This document shows positions 24,993 through 46,680 of a stretch of DNA of 64,000 nt, one piece after another (the first letter of the stretch is position 1; every line of letters starts with the position of its first letter). The notes below the pieces were generated by a model. The model searched no databases and was not told the DNA's origin. It was given only the letters and a program-made list of their open reading frames with translations. The translations under genes were made by a program, and so were the position numbers. Source of the stretch: Amoebidium appalachense (lineage: Eukaryota; Protista; Ichthyosporea); NCBI GenBank assembly GCA_963693365.1, contig CAVNZM010000001.1:4852907-4916906 (forward strand). Reading direction: 5' to 3'.

Positions 24993-26382
24993 ACACCCCC
25001 CCCCCCCCCCCCCCCCCTCCCTCTCTCTCTCTCTCCCCCCCCCCCCCAAAAAAGAAAAAAAAAAACATTTGCGCGCGTGTGCCGCATTTTTCTCACCGAC
25101 ACATTGAGCCGACACACACAAAAAAAAAGGGGGGGGGGGGAAGGAGGGGGGGGGGGGGGGGGGGGGGGAGAGGGGGAGAGGGGGAGGTTACTGACGAAAT
25201 CATGTGATCCCTGGGCCACTATAATTGTATGCAGCAAGGTGACTGTTTTCAAATTCATCGGACCGGGAAGCACCGTCCTAGGAAGTGACTGTACCAGGCT
25301 AAAGGTTGGCATACATAGGATCCTCTGCTAATACCGTCGCGCACCAACTATGCAATTGTGGACACTTTTAGATCTTGTCAGTCTAACGGTTGACCTTCGC
25401 TTATCCGATACAGCCCGGGCCATGCCCATGTCGGGTGCACCGTGAACAGAACCTAGCGTTGGGGCTGAAGTTCCCGGGACATCCAATGACTGGCAGGATG
25501 ATAAAACTTTCAATTTTGGTTGAAATGTTTTATGGGCTGGCATAGAGGGGTGGGCGGGGAGAGAGGGGGGAGGGGGGAGAGAGGGAGGGAGGGAGGGAGG
25601 AATTCACCCAAGGATTCCATGCGCATCATGCTGCCAGAACAGCACCAGCCGCAAGTCCATAATCTCACTGCCCCCCCCCCCCCCCCCCCCCTCCCCCCCC
25701 CCCCCCCCCCCTTCCGCCCTGTCCTTCTTTTTTTCCTCCGGGCACACAGTAACTATGGTGGCCTACCGCTTGAAGTGGCCCGATGTAATACTATGAATAA
25801 TCAGAGTCTGACTGAAAGTATTGATTGTATCGCGGTCCTCATAGTCAAAGTCACATGTGATTGGCTCACTGAATCTGATTGGCTTACTAAATCTGAGGTG
25901 AAGATTACACAGGCTCGGCGGGGTTATGGTAGTACCACGCTTCCTTAGGGCTGAGGTGGGAGCCGAATAACCTCAAATATTGGTCAACTATTTCTACCAT
26001 AACCGAAAGTAGTCAGCTAGGGGGGAAGGGACAGGGTCATAGGAGGAGTAGGAGGGGCCCCGTGAAGGACTTTGGGGGGGAAGGGGAGGGGGGGAGGGGG
26101 GGGGGGGGAGGGGGGAACAAGCCGGCTCAGCGGGCACGCCCTGGGGAGGGTGGGGGGGGGGGGGGGGGAGGGGGAGGGGGAGAGAGGGGGGAAGGGGGGG
26201 GGGAACCTAGGGTTTGAGCGTGTGGGGAGGGGGGAGGGGGTGGCGCATGGGTGGGTGGGGGTGGGGTGGAAGGTGGGGTGGGGGGTGGGGTGGGGGGGCT
26301 AACTAAGTCTGGGAGAAAGGGGAAGGTTGAGGGGCCACCCGGGGGAAAAGGAGGAAAGGGAGGAGGACCCGGGGGGGGAGGG

Positions 26383-26416
<34 letters not shown>

Positions 26417-26900
26417 GTCGGTCATTTACAAAACCAACTTTCAGTGAGTCGGTCAAAGCATGGGAAAATTGGCGAGTCGTGAGGTGAAACCGTCACTAAT
26501 GATACTAGCGACCTGGTTTAGGTCAACCAGGCACGGTGAAAACGAATGGGTTAGCTACTCCGTGATATTATTACGCACATCATGTGCTGCCTCACTCCCA
26601 GAACTTAACAGAGAGCCAAACACATACACAACCGCTGTAGTATATGGAACGTTTGTGATCTTGCGCGCCTTGAGAATCAGCTTGACCTTCAGCAAAATAT
26701 CCAGGTACTCCAAAAGAGTCGGAGATAGAACTTGAAATCTTTAATCATGAGTCCTCTCAAATATCACGTGACAACTCAGTCGGATAATCAAGAGAAATGA
26801 TTCGGTGACGCTTATTACTGCTGAGTGAAGGGGCCCACTAGGGCATACGGGGAGGGGAGGTTGAGGCTCTCAGGCCGTGTTGGTTGTTGCTGCTAGATTT
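21740..26900 (-). mobile_element. Highly degenerate Ty1/Copia-type LTR retrotransposon relic (gag-integrase-RT-RNase H order), broken by poly-G and microsatellite tracts
   Basis: Minus-strand peptide remnants in Copia order: zinc-knuckle spacing CGWCCSGSMMRMES (about 25615-25655); HNCIVG then LVQS…GPMNLKT (integrase, about 25200-25370); ARAERISHLIISDMSLVL (GxAERxNRT-like, about 24500-24560); SKTPVTL (about 24270); PKLSDDGINIRLVVKS (KARLVAKG-like, about 23610-23665); WTLLHTD (about 23470); VHKTLYNQL (KSLYGL-like, about 23300); ALFSEYAGL and TRRDVDIHY (EAEY/KHIDIRYH-like RNase H, about 21820-22020). Each match is weak alone and the support comes from their collinear order. No LTR pair was seen and the boundaries are approximate. 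Confidence 0.6.
24232..24329. repeat. 49-bp tandem duplication within the Copia relic
   Basis: ttcgggagggacggcccttcaactcagtaaagttactggtgtttttgat occurs twice in tandem. Confidence 0.9.
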
Positions 26901-27913
26901 TCTAATACCCAGTTTCAGATTTAATGTTTATTTTATAACATTTTTCCCGAAAGACTTCCGTTTTTCATTTTTATTTTATTTTTAAAGTTAATATTATTAT
27001 TATTTTGGGAATGGGGAAGGGGGGTAGTGAGTTAGTGAAGATAGAGGCGGCCTCCACTACTGTATGGCTGATCGAGGGGAGGGGGGGGGGGGGGGGGGGG
27101 GGAGGGGGGTGGTAAGGGGGAAAGGGGGGCGGGTTCTATATAGCATAGCTATTTACTATGGGTTCATATGTTTTTGTTCCACATGACACTAGGGTTTTAC
27201 CTTTCCATGATTATGTTGGGACTGCTATATCGCGAGCCGTTGTAAAAAAAAGCGTATCCATAGATAAGCAAAACATCATTGTTAGGGGGGGGGGGGGGGA
27301 GGGGGGGGGGGAGGGGAGGGAGGGGGGGGGGGGGGGGTCACTTTATAATGAAAGGGTCCGTATACATACCTGCACCCGCCACATTCATCCGTTCTCCTTC
27401 TCTCTTCAATTATTGCCCCCCATTTTCGTTGTTGCACGTATTTTGAAGGCATTTTCCATTTCGGAACAGGTACACCCCAGCCCCAGCAATTTTAGCGCCT
27501 GCCCTCTCCTTCTGCCCCCTCACCTCCCCCAACTCCTTCCTCTCTCTCTCTCTCTCTCGCTCTCTCTCGTTCTCTCTCTCTCTCTCCCCCCCCCCCCCCC
27601 CCCCCTCCCACCCGCCCCCCCTTCCCTGCCCCCTTACGTTTGTACACACACCTTTCACAATCATCTAAAACATTTCGTGGGATCTGTCCACGCCAGAGGG
27701 AGGGGGGGGGGGGAGGGGGAGGGGGGGGGGGGGAGGATGAAACTAGTCACGGTTTTGAGTCCTCAAAGCCTAGGCTACATTATCTTTCTGTGTGCTCGTT
27801 TTTTTTTTTTAAATTATTTGGTAGCAGCACCTTCTGTCATCTTCCCGAATTTGTTTGCCCGTGTGTATGCTCGTGTTGGTTGTGTGCGCTCGTGTTGGTG
27901 CGTGTGTGTGTGT

Positions 27914-27978
<65 letters not shown>

Positions 27979-27994
27979 TGCCTGCGTGCGTGCC

Positions 27995-28034
<40 letters not shown>

Positions 28035-28619
28035 TGTGTGCGTGCGTGTGTGTGTGTGTGTGCGCGTGTGCGCGTGTGCGCGCGTGCGCGCGTGCGTGCG
28101 TGCGTGCGTGCGTGTTTGTGTTTTTTGTGCGTTGCCTTGCAAGGGAACGTTAACGGCATGCAACCTGAGTTGGAACGAGCCATGAACATCACAAAAAATC
28201 ATAATACATGTATGTAACATAAAGTTTAGGTAAAATTACTGGTTTACAGTAGGGAAGATTGAAACGATGGGGTCAGGAGCCTTTTAAATTGAGAGGAAGG
28301 AAGAGGAAAAGGAGGAGGAGGGGATACACCACTGCCATGGTCAAAAAACCTTTCAGAGCTGCGGCCCAGGGAAGCGGGCAGGCGGGCCCAGAGGGGGAGG
28401 GGGGCGCCGAGGGTGGGTGGGGGGGGGGGGGGAGGGGGGGGGGAGGGGAGAAGATTTCTTCTTGACAAGCGTATGCACAATGCGATGGTGCTGCAATGAA
28501 GTTGAGAGGGACCCTGATGTCGTTTTGACACTCCCAAACAGTATTCGAGTATACATCCGGGCAGTGCTTAGAGAAAAGGGCTTCAGAAGGGGATTGGGGT
28601 GGGGTGCGGCAGGGTCAGG

Positions 28620-29285
<666 letters not shown>

Positions 29286-30614
29286 TTAGTATGAGGCGGG
29301 CCCTGGGAGCGGGAGTATTACATAAAGTAGATATGCGGGCGAGGGAGGTGGAATTGCAAACCCGGGAGGGAGCTCGAGGTACTACACGTACAGCTGTTAC
29401 TACACCAAGGACCCCCACATTTGAAAATTTTTGAGCCAATTGCAAGCCAGCAGACACCAGAGAATTAAATCAGCTTGCGCAGGCTGCAACCTGTACAGAA
29501 TTCAGCTGCGACTCGCACGGCTAACAGAAGAGAGCAGAAAAGAATATGCTACACATTTGGTTTGAAACACACTTCGTGAGGAGGCTCCCCTAGGCCTGAT
29601 TGTCCTCCTGCTGCTGGACAGGGCCTCCTATGCCTCCTATTGATATCACTATGTGGGTACGCCCCTAGGCTCAACCTCTGAGCAAGACTAAGGATATGGT
29701 GCCTGTGGGGCTCCTTAAGCCAGAATTGGAAGTGTTCGAGTGTCCCGACTGCGCAGGGAGGGCCACCCAACCATGGTCGTGACGGTTTGCAGTTGCCAGC
29801 CGCATTCTTGCATTGGATTCCTGCATTCCTAAGACATGTCCTGGCTCCCGATTGGATGAATATAATGAAAGTTACATGGTAACCATCTATTTGAATCTAT
29901 TCAAGATCCGGCAGCCAAGGTGCATGTGGGGAAACACGTGTATCGCCTACGCTGTACACGGGAACAGCTGGTTCCTAATATCGGCATAGCGTAAACCCCC
30001 GTGATAGATGCATAATGTACACCCACGGCAAAGTGTTCACCTGTGTGCATGGAAGTGCACCTGTATGCAAGCAAGTGCACGGCCTACAACTTCGAATTCA
30101 TCAACCTGGCCAGGTAACGCCATGGTTCACCGGTACCCGTGGCCTGCCCCTTTCCCAAGCGCAGGGAAGAACCATTTCTAGCTATGGCTTATGAATTGGC
30201 CCACCAATTCCAGCACCAGTTGCGCTACCCATGCCACAATTCATGAGGAAAATTTTTAAGACAGTCGAAAGACCATGTACCGGTACCCATTTACCCAGTA
30301 TAATCTTGGATAGTGTACATGACTGTGGATATTTGTGCACAAGTGCATATGGTTTTGAGTTTATATTTGTGTGAAGGGGCCTGCCGTTCATATATTTGTG
30401 TGAAGGGGCCTGCCGTTCACAATTTTTGAGCACTGGTGTGTTGCTTTACACCATATATATTTCTACGAAAGTCATCCTCAGTTACGAAAAAGAGAAAACT
30501 GTACATGCACAAGAAACTCTATATTTGAAGTGCGATATATTGCACTGGCTACCTATTTACACGCTAACAGAAACATTCATACCAATTCGAAAAGCCGTGC
30601 CCTTACGCGTTGAC

Positions 30615-31199
30615 CTACATAATAACTCGTAACACCTGGGGCCAGTGGCGAGTACCCTTTTCCTTTAACTTGGCAATCAACATCTCCTGCCTGACATACT
30701 CCTTGGTCACCACCTGGTCCCTCACGGCCAGCTCCAGTGTCTGGGCTTTGACTATCATCTCGTAGACTTCTTCTGCAGTCAGCCCCGTGGCCTCGGCCAT
30801 GTTCCAATCGTCCACCTGTTCTATGCGGTCACCAACCGACAGCCCCAGGTGCCAGGCACGCGAGTACTTCTTCATGCTGGAGATAAAAATGCTGTTTCTT
30901 ATCTTGAACAGCTTCAGGCCCAGATCGCTCTTGGCAAACTTGCGCAGGACCAGCTCTCTCCGTGTGTGCTTGGCAGCCTCTGCTTGGAAGGCAGCCGAAA
31001 AGATGTCCGGGTTGGACTTGCGCCGGTCTGACGTGAAGGAGCTGAAGGAGGCCACACTCGGTGTGCTGTGGAGCGTGTAGTCAATCGACGGCTTCATAGG
31101 GGATATGGTCAAGGCGTGCGAGCAAACTCGCTGTGCCGCAACCTCTTGCTGCATTGTGTCACTGAAGCGGTCTAAAGACAAGGACAGGAAAGGGGACAT
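30615..31199 (-). CDS. Intronless single-PDZ-domain protein (resembles syntenin PDZ1)
   Basis: 194-aa ORF with coding-like composition. RRELVLRKFAKSDLGLKLFKIRNSIFISSMKKYSRAWHLGLSVGDRIEQVDDWNM…EEVYEMIVKAQTLELAVRD fits the PDZ pattern (K…LGL carboxylate loop, A…GLxxGDxIxxV). A TATA box lies upstream. The start could instead be the later Met (MQQEV). Confidence 0.85.
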   Translation of the reverse strand: MSPFLSLSLDRFSDTMQQEVAAQRVCSHALTISPMKPSIDYTLHSTPSVASFSSFTSDRRKSNPDIFSAAFQAEAAKHTRRELVLRKFAKSDLGLKLFKIRNSIFISSMKKYSRAWHLGLSVGDRIEQVDDWNMAEATGLTAEEVYEMIVKAQTLELAVRDQVVTKEYVRQEMLIAKLKEKGTRHWPQVLRVIM

Positions 31200-31426
31200 C
31201 GTCGGATCTTAGCTCCAAGTAGATCCCGAAGGGATGAATGATGGGGTTGTACGGTGCTTTGGTAATGTATGTATAAGTGTTGGCAGCTATCAACGATATA
31301 CGTACACACTATCGTAAAACAAGCTGAAAAGAACGCAGGGTCTTGCTGCTCTTCACGGATGAATGTAGAAGCATCATTTGAACCACTCTGTGAAGTGACG
31401 TGAGAGCAAGTAGGGCTGCAGGCTGC

Positions 31427-31433
31427 TTTTATA
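31427..31433 (-). promoter_or_regulatory. TATA box (TATAAAA) about 230 bp upstream of the PDZ gene ATG
   Basis: The minus strand reads ggcTATAAAAgcagc, a canonical TATA in GC-flanked context in the correct orientation. Confidence 0.6.
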
Positions 31434-34149
31434 GCCGTACCAAATTCACTGATAAGGGTGTAGGCCTGTAGAGGGGAGTATGATGTTGCCGATCTCTGAT
31501 TTGACTAAGATCATCGATTAACTTCACCGAATATCTTGACAAGATGTGCCCCTGATCAAACCTTTTGCCATCAGATCACGTGTGTAATTCGAGTATTCAG
31601 GAAAGTTACAGCTCTATAATTTATACGAATTAGTTATTTATATTTTTTCTTCTTATTTTCAGAAATTTGACGTCACACACGCTAGTTTTGTTAGATTTTT
31701 CCCGCTATCATCTTCGCACACTGGTGATAAGGACGAAACAGGTCGGGGATCGGAGGCCGGGTGACAATTATTCAAGTGGTTATGTCATCTTACAATCTCC
31801 AATCAGCACCGGTGCAAAAGCCTGGAATTAATATTTCTTTTTATCTATTACACTTGCGAACACGGACAACGGCGTTACGATGTTGCATGTTCAGCCTATA
31901 ACACCCTTTCTAATGGCAGTGATGGTTTTGTGAGGTAATGTAACTGCTGGCAGAATTTGCGAGGCTACAATATATTAGCTACAACTGCCATTAACAATAA
32001 AGGTACATGAGCACTGCACCGTCGGGGGCTCGCGAGTGTGAGTGTGACTGACCGTGTCGACCAGCCGACCGCTCACGACCAACGGTGCTCGTGATCAAAT
32101 TAATTGCTTGGTGCCGGCAAGGGAATAACGTCGTCGTATACATAAAGCCTCTGGTATAATAAAAAGGAGTGTGTACAAGTTAGTCCCTGTATATTCAATC
32201 AAGGCTTCACAGGAATACAGATACGATTGAGAAAATTTCCCATCTGATATACTTCGCACGATTCGGTGCATTGTTGTGGGATCCAATTAAAATTGTCCTC
32301 CAATCGAAATGCTCTAACTGATTGTTTATTTTTCCGTTCCGAATTCCGCCATCACGGAGACGACTTTGAGTGGATGAAAACGCGCCGTAATCATGTATCA
32401 GCCATGCCGCTCCGGCTTACAACCAATACCAATATTGACCAATCAAATGATCGGCTATCGACAGAGAAGGTGATCAAAGTCTGACTCAAACCGTGAGCGA
32501 GTAGGATTCCGGAAATCCGGAACGACATGTCTCTGTCACTTTGTGAGCACCGTGGCAGAGTGACAGCTGCCCCATTTAGAGTTACTCTATATGTATAGGT
32601 GAATATACAGCGCAGTGGTTAAGGAGCAGCATATTAGCATGGCCTGAGGCCTTGAGCTGTTAGCACTGAAAAATAAGTACCTACATACAGCGAAATTTGA
32701 AACTTGGCGGACTGACCAATCCTCGATAAAAAAAAAAGAGAAATCGAACATGATTGGTCAAGCCCTCACCGCTCATGATCCCCCAATACTTACCATTTTC
32801 TCCAAAAAATAAAGCTTTGCAAACCCCAGAAACCCTGTGACGGCAACAGCAGGCTTGATGAATTTTTTCTGTTTTTTTCAAAAAACAAAATATCCAGCTA
32901 TTTTTATAACGCTTAAAGTTTTTTTGCATCAATTAGGATACTACTCTAGTTTGTAAAATCGAATATGAGTCGACTCAATAACTAACAAAGAGTACTATTT
33001 TGGAGCCCCACAGCTTAGCCCTGAGTTTTGTGGGATCCTCGTGGGGCGTTTCACTGATACCATTTGCAGATATATGACATGTCACATGTGTGCTGTACCT
33101 TGGTACGACTTCGTAACTTGTGTGGACTTTGTAGACTGAGACCACGTGCACACGACTTCGTCAGCTTCTGAAACCAAACTGAAGAAAAATGCAACAAGAG
33201 GGAACGGGTGCCCCACCGCCCACATACCATAAACCTGACGACCCTTTAATGAAACCCCGAGACTTCCCCAGGTTAGTAAAGTATAATAATTGCTAACGTG
33301 TTGGTGCCGAAGTCACCAGCTCGTCACGATTACGACACACCAAACCTCGGTGTGTCTTGGATGTTGAAGCAGTGTGTCACGGTACACCGACTATGTTCTA
33401 TGCATAAGGTGGCTGGACGCGTTGCTGGCGCGTACAGCTGAAGAATGCGTGTGTGCCTACGGGTTTGTATGTGTATGTGTGTTAGTCTGCGTGTGTGTTG
33501 TGGAGTCGACTTTTTAAGGGTATGTGTTGCCGCGTGCATGCCTGTGTATACGCGTGCACGCGTGGGTGCGTGTGTGCACGTGTGTATGAGCGTGTGTGCG
33601 CACGCCACGGTTTGTGTGCGTGTCTCTTGTGGTTGTTTATATATGTATGTCACAGGCCTATCCATGTTTTTTTTTTTGTGTGCGTCACAGTACCATGTCT
33701 ATGTGCACGTGTGTGTGCATGCCTGCGTGTGCGTATGTGTAATTATGATAACAATGTGGCGTTTTGCAAGCTTTTCCTGTGACGTGCCACCGTGGGCCGT
33801 CAACAGACTGCCCCGTCACTGGGCTAGAGTCTGGGCACAGCCGGTGTACGTTGGTTTGATTGCAACTCTGCTGCGTACATAGCTATTTCCTGGAGCTGGC
33901 AACAATCCACTGGCAGAGATCATTGTGAATCATTAGGATAGGTGTTGAAAAATATCTTCTTGGATAGGCCGCGTGTGTCGCCCATCCTGGTCACTCCGTT
34001 TTTCTTCTCAGCAAGAAGCTTTTGCCTGCACCGACTTTTTGCGGCATCACCCATGCTCTTGGAACTGCAAAAGCGACCGTTTAGAACAAGCCGCAGTGCT
34101 GGCGAGTCTCATCACGGCAGACCAAGATAATAACAGCTATTTTACCTAC

Positions 34150-35360
34150 CCAGTAAGCCGGTGCTTCATTGCCAGGCATAGAGAGTCTTTGATGTGAATG
34201 TTTGAATGCCAGAGGCTCTTTCACAACATGTTCAAATAGAGGATATCTGGACCTGGTGCGTTCTTGGGATTGGTACATTAGCTGAGTTACCCTAACTGGA
34301 AGCTTTTTCGCCGATCGCAACACGGCTGCGGTGTAGCTGCCGAGTCCCAAGAACGTGCCAGACATCCTCCTTAATTTATTGCGCATCAGATCAGCCGGAT
34401 GATACGAAGTTCTGTTGTACATTTTTATCCAAAAGTCGCAAGAATCACCTGGACGAAAATGTCAACGAACCGGTTCCAGATATATTGGTGAGAGTATTCT
34501 TTGTACGTTACGGGTTAAAGGGCAACTTGCAACAAAAACTCATACACACAACTGACACACAAACACAAACACACGCACAAGCACACATGTACAGTGGCAT
34601 CCGCCGAGCACACTCACGTCACCGGCTGTCTTGCGCCGGCCGGACCTGCTGGCCTCCCGCCGGGGCCCCCGGCCTGCCACCTACTGAGATGGCTCCTTAT
34701 TTTTCCTTACACATTCAGCGAACACTGGACTCTATCGAACCGTCGAGGCGCCGCGACAGAAGCATGCACGCGGTCGCGAGAGTGTAAGGAAAAATCGGAG
34801 CGAACGTAAAGTTCATCGCAGCGCGTGCACACCTTCAGTACGTGTGAGGCCCCCGGCCGCCGTCTCCCCCGGCCGGCACCACTGTAGACACACGTTGGCC
34901 TTGGGGTGACACGACCGGTCCCGCCCTCGGCTCCGGCGCCGGCGCACAGGCAGCGGCCCCCCCGCCGCCCGGGCCCCCCCGTCCGGCGATTGGCTGGAAT
35001 CGCACCAGTCTGGCTCACGGTTGTGAACTTGTGTAGCCGGGAGGGAACTGTGCGAGGGTGCTGTGTGAGGTTTGAACAGTAGGACCCAAACCAGGACTCA
35101 GTCTGCGGGATCCAAACCAGGACATGCACCCACTTAGACGTCACAGGCACCTGAAGACGCACACACCCACAGTCAAGGCAGCAGGAACCTCGGTGAGGGA
35201 GTATTCACAATCTATACAGGGCGGCTGTCACATTATCGAGCTTGCTGCACACGAGAAGGGACCCTAAAGGATAGGTTGGTATATGTTTAGGGCCTTGTTT
35301 GTGTGTGTGCTTGTGTGTGTGTTTGTGTGTGTTCGTGTGTGTGTGTGTGTGTGTGTGGTG

Positions 35361-35391
<31 letters not shown>

Positions 35392-35952
35392 TTGTGTGTG
35401 TGTGTGCGCGCGCGCGTGTCTGTGTGTGTGTGTGTGTGCCCGCGTGTGTGTGCGTGTGTGCGTGTGCGTGCGCGTGTGCATGTGTGTGTGTTTATTGTGT
35501 GGGTGTGGGTGTGTGCGGGTGTGCGGGTGTGCGTGTGGGTGTGTGCGTGGGGGGTTGGGGGGGGGGTTGGACGGAGAGAAATGCCGTGGCCTATGGGAAA
35601 GCGTCGAAGCCCAGGAAGGAGGGGGGAGGTGAGGGGGAGGGGGGAGGCTGGACAAGAGACAAAGAGAACGTCGAGGAGGGGAGGAGTTGCAGAGAGAAGT
35701 GGGTACATTGAGGGAGGAAGGGGGGGGGGGGGGGGGGGGGGGCTGGAGCGGGAGAGTGCGAGAGAGAGAGAGAGAGGGAGAGGAGACAGGAAGAGAGAGG
35801 GAGGGAGTTAGGGAGTTAGGGAGGGAGGGAGGGAGGGAGGGAGATAGAGAAAGTGCTGAAGAGTTCGACAGGGAATGAGAGGGAGAGGGGGGGGGGGGGT
35901 GAGGGAGTGAGATAGAGATATAGGTGGAGAGAGAGAAGGGGAGGGGGGGAAG

Positions 35953-36006
<54 letters not shown>

Positions 36007-36011
36007 AGAGA

Positions 36012-36066
<55 letters not shown>

Positions 36067-36154
36067 GCGCGCATGTGTGTATGTGTGCGCACGCGTGTGT
36101 GTGCATGCATGTGTGAAAGAGAGAAAGGGAGAGACAACGACAGAGAGAAAGAAA

Positions 36155-36187
<33 letters not shown>

Positions 36188-36544
36188 GAGAGAGAATGTG
36201 TGTGTGTGGGTGGGTGGGTGGGTGGGTGGGTGTGGGTGTGGATGTGTGTCCGTGTGTGTGTTTGTGTGTGTGTGTGTGTGTGCGCGCGCGCGTGCGCGTG
36301 TGTATGTGTGTGAGGGAGGGTGGAGGGTGGGGCCGAAAGGGAGGTCTCCTGTTGCTCCACCATGTCTTTTTTTTTTTTTTTTTTTTTTTTTTCAGTTTGC
36401 ACATAAAGCCGTTCCGGTGACTACAAACAGACACACAATACATTATATCAAGCGCGCCAACACCATTGCCACTCTCTACTCCCTAAAGCTTCCCTTACAT
36501 AAACCCAACCTTACCACCTTTTGTCTTCTCTTCTCGTGGTGCAC
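34150..36544 (-). other. Possible unidentified spliced gene; candidate exons only
   Basis: Open exon-like blocks with good splice signals: 36544-36515 (GCTAAC branch, tag|…|gtaagg), 35150-35019 (ttcag|VPVTSKWVHVLVWIPQTESWFGSY…|gtgagc) and 34448-34150 (ccag|DSCDFWIKMYNRTSYHPADLMRNKLRR…|gtaggt). I could not assemble a full phase-consistent CDS or recognise a family. Confidence 0.3.
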
Positions 36545-37207
36545 CTACCAAATACAGTGTTAGCTCTTGTACCTGCGTGCATAGTAGGCTGTCCTGCCCC
36601 CTCTGCTCTTCAAGTTCTACACTATCTGTTACTTTATAATCTCATGCCCAGACATTTCTCCTCCTCCTCCCTCCCCCCACCCCCCGCTCTTCCCCTCCCC
36701 CTCCCCAACCCCCCCCCCCCCCCCCCCCCCAAACCCCCCTTCCCCCACCTCTTTTCTTGCTTTTATCGGATGCATTTTTGCAAACACAGGCACACACAGG
36801 CACAGAGCACGAACCTTCCGTCCACCCAGGCATACCACACACAAAGTCACGTGATTGCCCACACCTACACCCACACACACCGACACCCACCCACTCACAC
36901 AAACACAAAGAAAAAAACAAGGAAAAAAAAGCGGTAACAAAAGACAGTATTCCTACTTTTTTATTGTTTTTATACACACACAAACCCAGACATGCGCGCA
37001 TGCACACACACACACACTCACTCACTCGCACTCACATGCGCACTTAAACCCAACACAGACATGTCCATACATGCACACCACACCTCACCCACTAGCTCAC
37101 CCACGCACAGGCACATGCACCAGCCCCCCCCCCCCCTTCCCCCCCCCCTCCCTCCCGCCCCACCCACCCACCCACCCATCCCCCCCTCCCCCCACTCCTC
37201 CGCCCCT

Positions 37208-37242
<35 letters not shown>

Positions 37243-37768
37243 ACACACACACACATCTACACCAATACCAACACAGAACCTCTCTCCTATTCCCAACTCA
37301 ATCCCTCCCTCGCCCTCTTCCCTCCCCTTCTCACTTGGTGTCTCAAACACTCAAATCTGTTATCTTCACTTCTTTCCATATTCTTACGAAACACTCATAC
37401 TTCCCGGTGTTGATGACATTTTGACCCATGCAGTGACGAGTACAGCGAGTACATGAAAATGATTGGTCGCAGCCTGTTTTTGGCCCAACGGTGCTTGGGG
37501 GAGCCAGTTTTATGTAGTGGAAGGTTGGGTTCCCACCCTCCCCCCCCTCCCCCCGCCCCCCCCCCTCCCACCCTCCCCCCACCTCCTCCCCACGCCCCTA
37601 CCCCCCACCTCCCCTTTTGTGAAGGGATAGACACCTCCCCTGATGAATCGCTCTATTCAGGAGCTCTCAGTGGGCACTGTTTTGGGTTGCCCGTTTTATT
37701 ACAACCCCAAATGTTGCGCTTTGGTTCTATGTTTGCCGCCCTCTAATGCATTTATCCCCCCTTCCTCT

Positions 37769-37871
<103 letters not shown>

Positions 37872-38304
37872 TTCCTTTCCAGGTCAATCAATACACACGC
37901 ACACATGCATGTACGTGGGGCAACCCTCCTCCCCCCCCCCCCCCCCCCCCCATGCTTCTCATCGTGTATGCGTACTTCGTACTGCGTTCCGCATTCAAAC
38001 CCCCCCTGTCTTCTTTCAGAGGTGTCCTTTCAGGACAGACCACTGTGTGGAGACATCTTTACTTCCATGCAACCGGGCATGGTTGCTCTGTGTCGTGCAT
38101 CTGTAAGCACATACGCGTTTTTCGCTGCACTGCATTAGTTTACACACACATCTTCACCGTTCTGCTCACCTTGCTTGCATAAGCAACCCTGCTCGTCTTT
38201 GATCAAGACGGGTTGACCCACCCAAGTTCAGTTGATGCTGCTGTCTGAGTTGGAGCGTCGTATATACGCGGGCTAAGGGGTCGAAACTCAGACGCAATTG
38301 ATGA

Positions 38305-38449
38305 CTTGGGCCCTCCCTGAGGATGGGCTCTGCTTATGACGCATACTGTGCGCATGGCTGATGTTGCATACTTGAATGTTTGCCTTTGCATGTGTCCTGC
38401 ACCATGCTTCTCATCGTGTATGCGTACTTCGTACTGCGTTCCGCATTCA

Positions 38450-38460
<11 letters not shown>
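38305..38460 (+). repeat. Dispersed ~140-bp element ending in poly-C (copy 1; partial copy at 37950-38005)
   Basis: cttgggccctccctgaggatgggctctgcttatgacgcatactgtgcgcatggctgatgttgcatacttgaatgtttgcctttgcatgtgtcct…tcgtgtatgcgtact…ttccgcattcaa(C)n, nearly identical to 42842-42985. Confidence 0.85.
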
Positions 38461-38487
<27 letters not shown>

Positions 38488-38631
38488 CCCCCGCCCCTGC
38501 CCCCCTTCCTACACACACACACACACACGCACGTACACACACACACGTCACAAATTACTACTACTACACTACTACTACTACTACTACTACCCCCCCCCAA
38601 ACACACACAAACAAACAAAAACACCAGAAAA

Positions 38632-46680
<8,049 letters not shown>

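Noticed and set aside
27158-28153. 331-aa plus-strand ORF
   Set aside because: It is held open by poly-G, (CT)n and (GCGT)n tracts and has no recognisable domain.
38250-38335. Hammerhead ribozyme (CTGAGGA and GAAAC nearby)
   Set aside because: The GAAAC lies upstream of CTGANGA with no stem II joining them, so the core topology cannot be built.
38299-38361. Box C/D snoRNA-like arrangement (TGATGA…CTGA…TTATGA…CTGA)
   Set aside because: There is no convincing terminal stem or recognisable rRNA guide, and the second copy at 42842 lacks the C box. A dispersed repeat explains it better.
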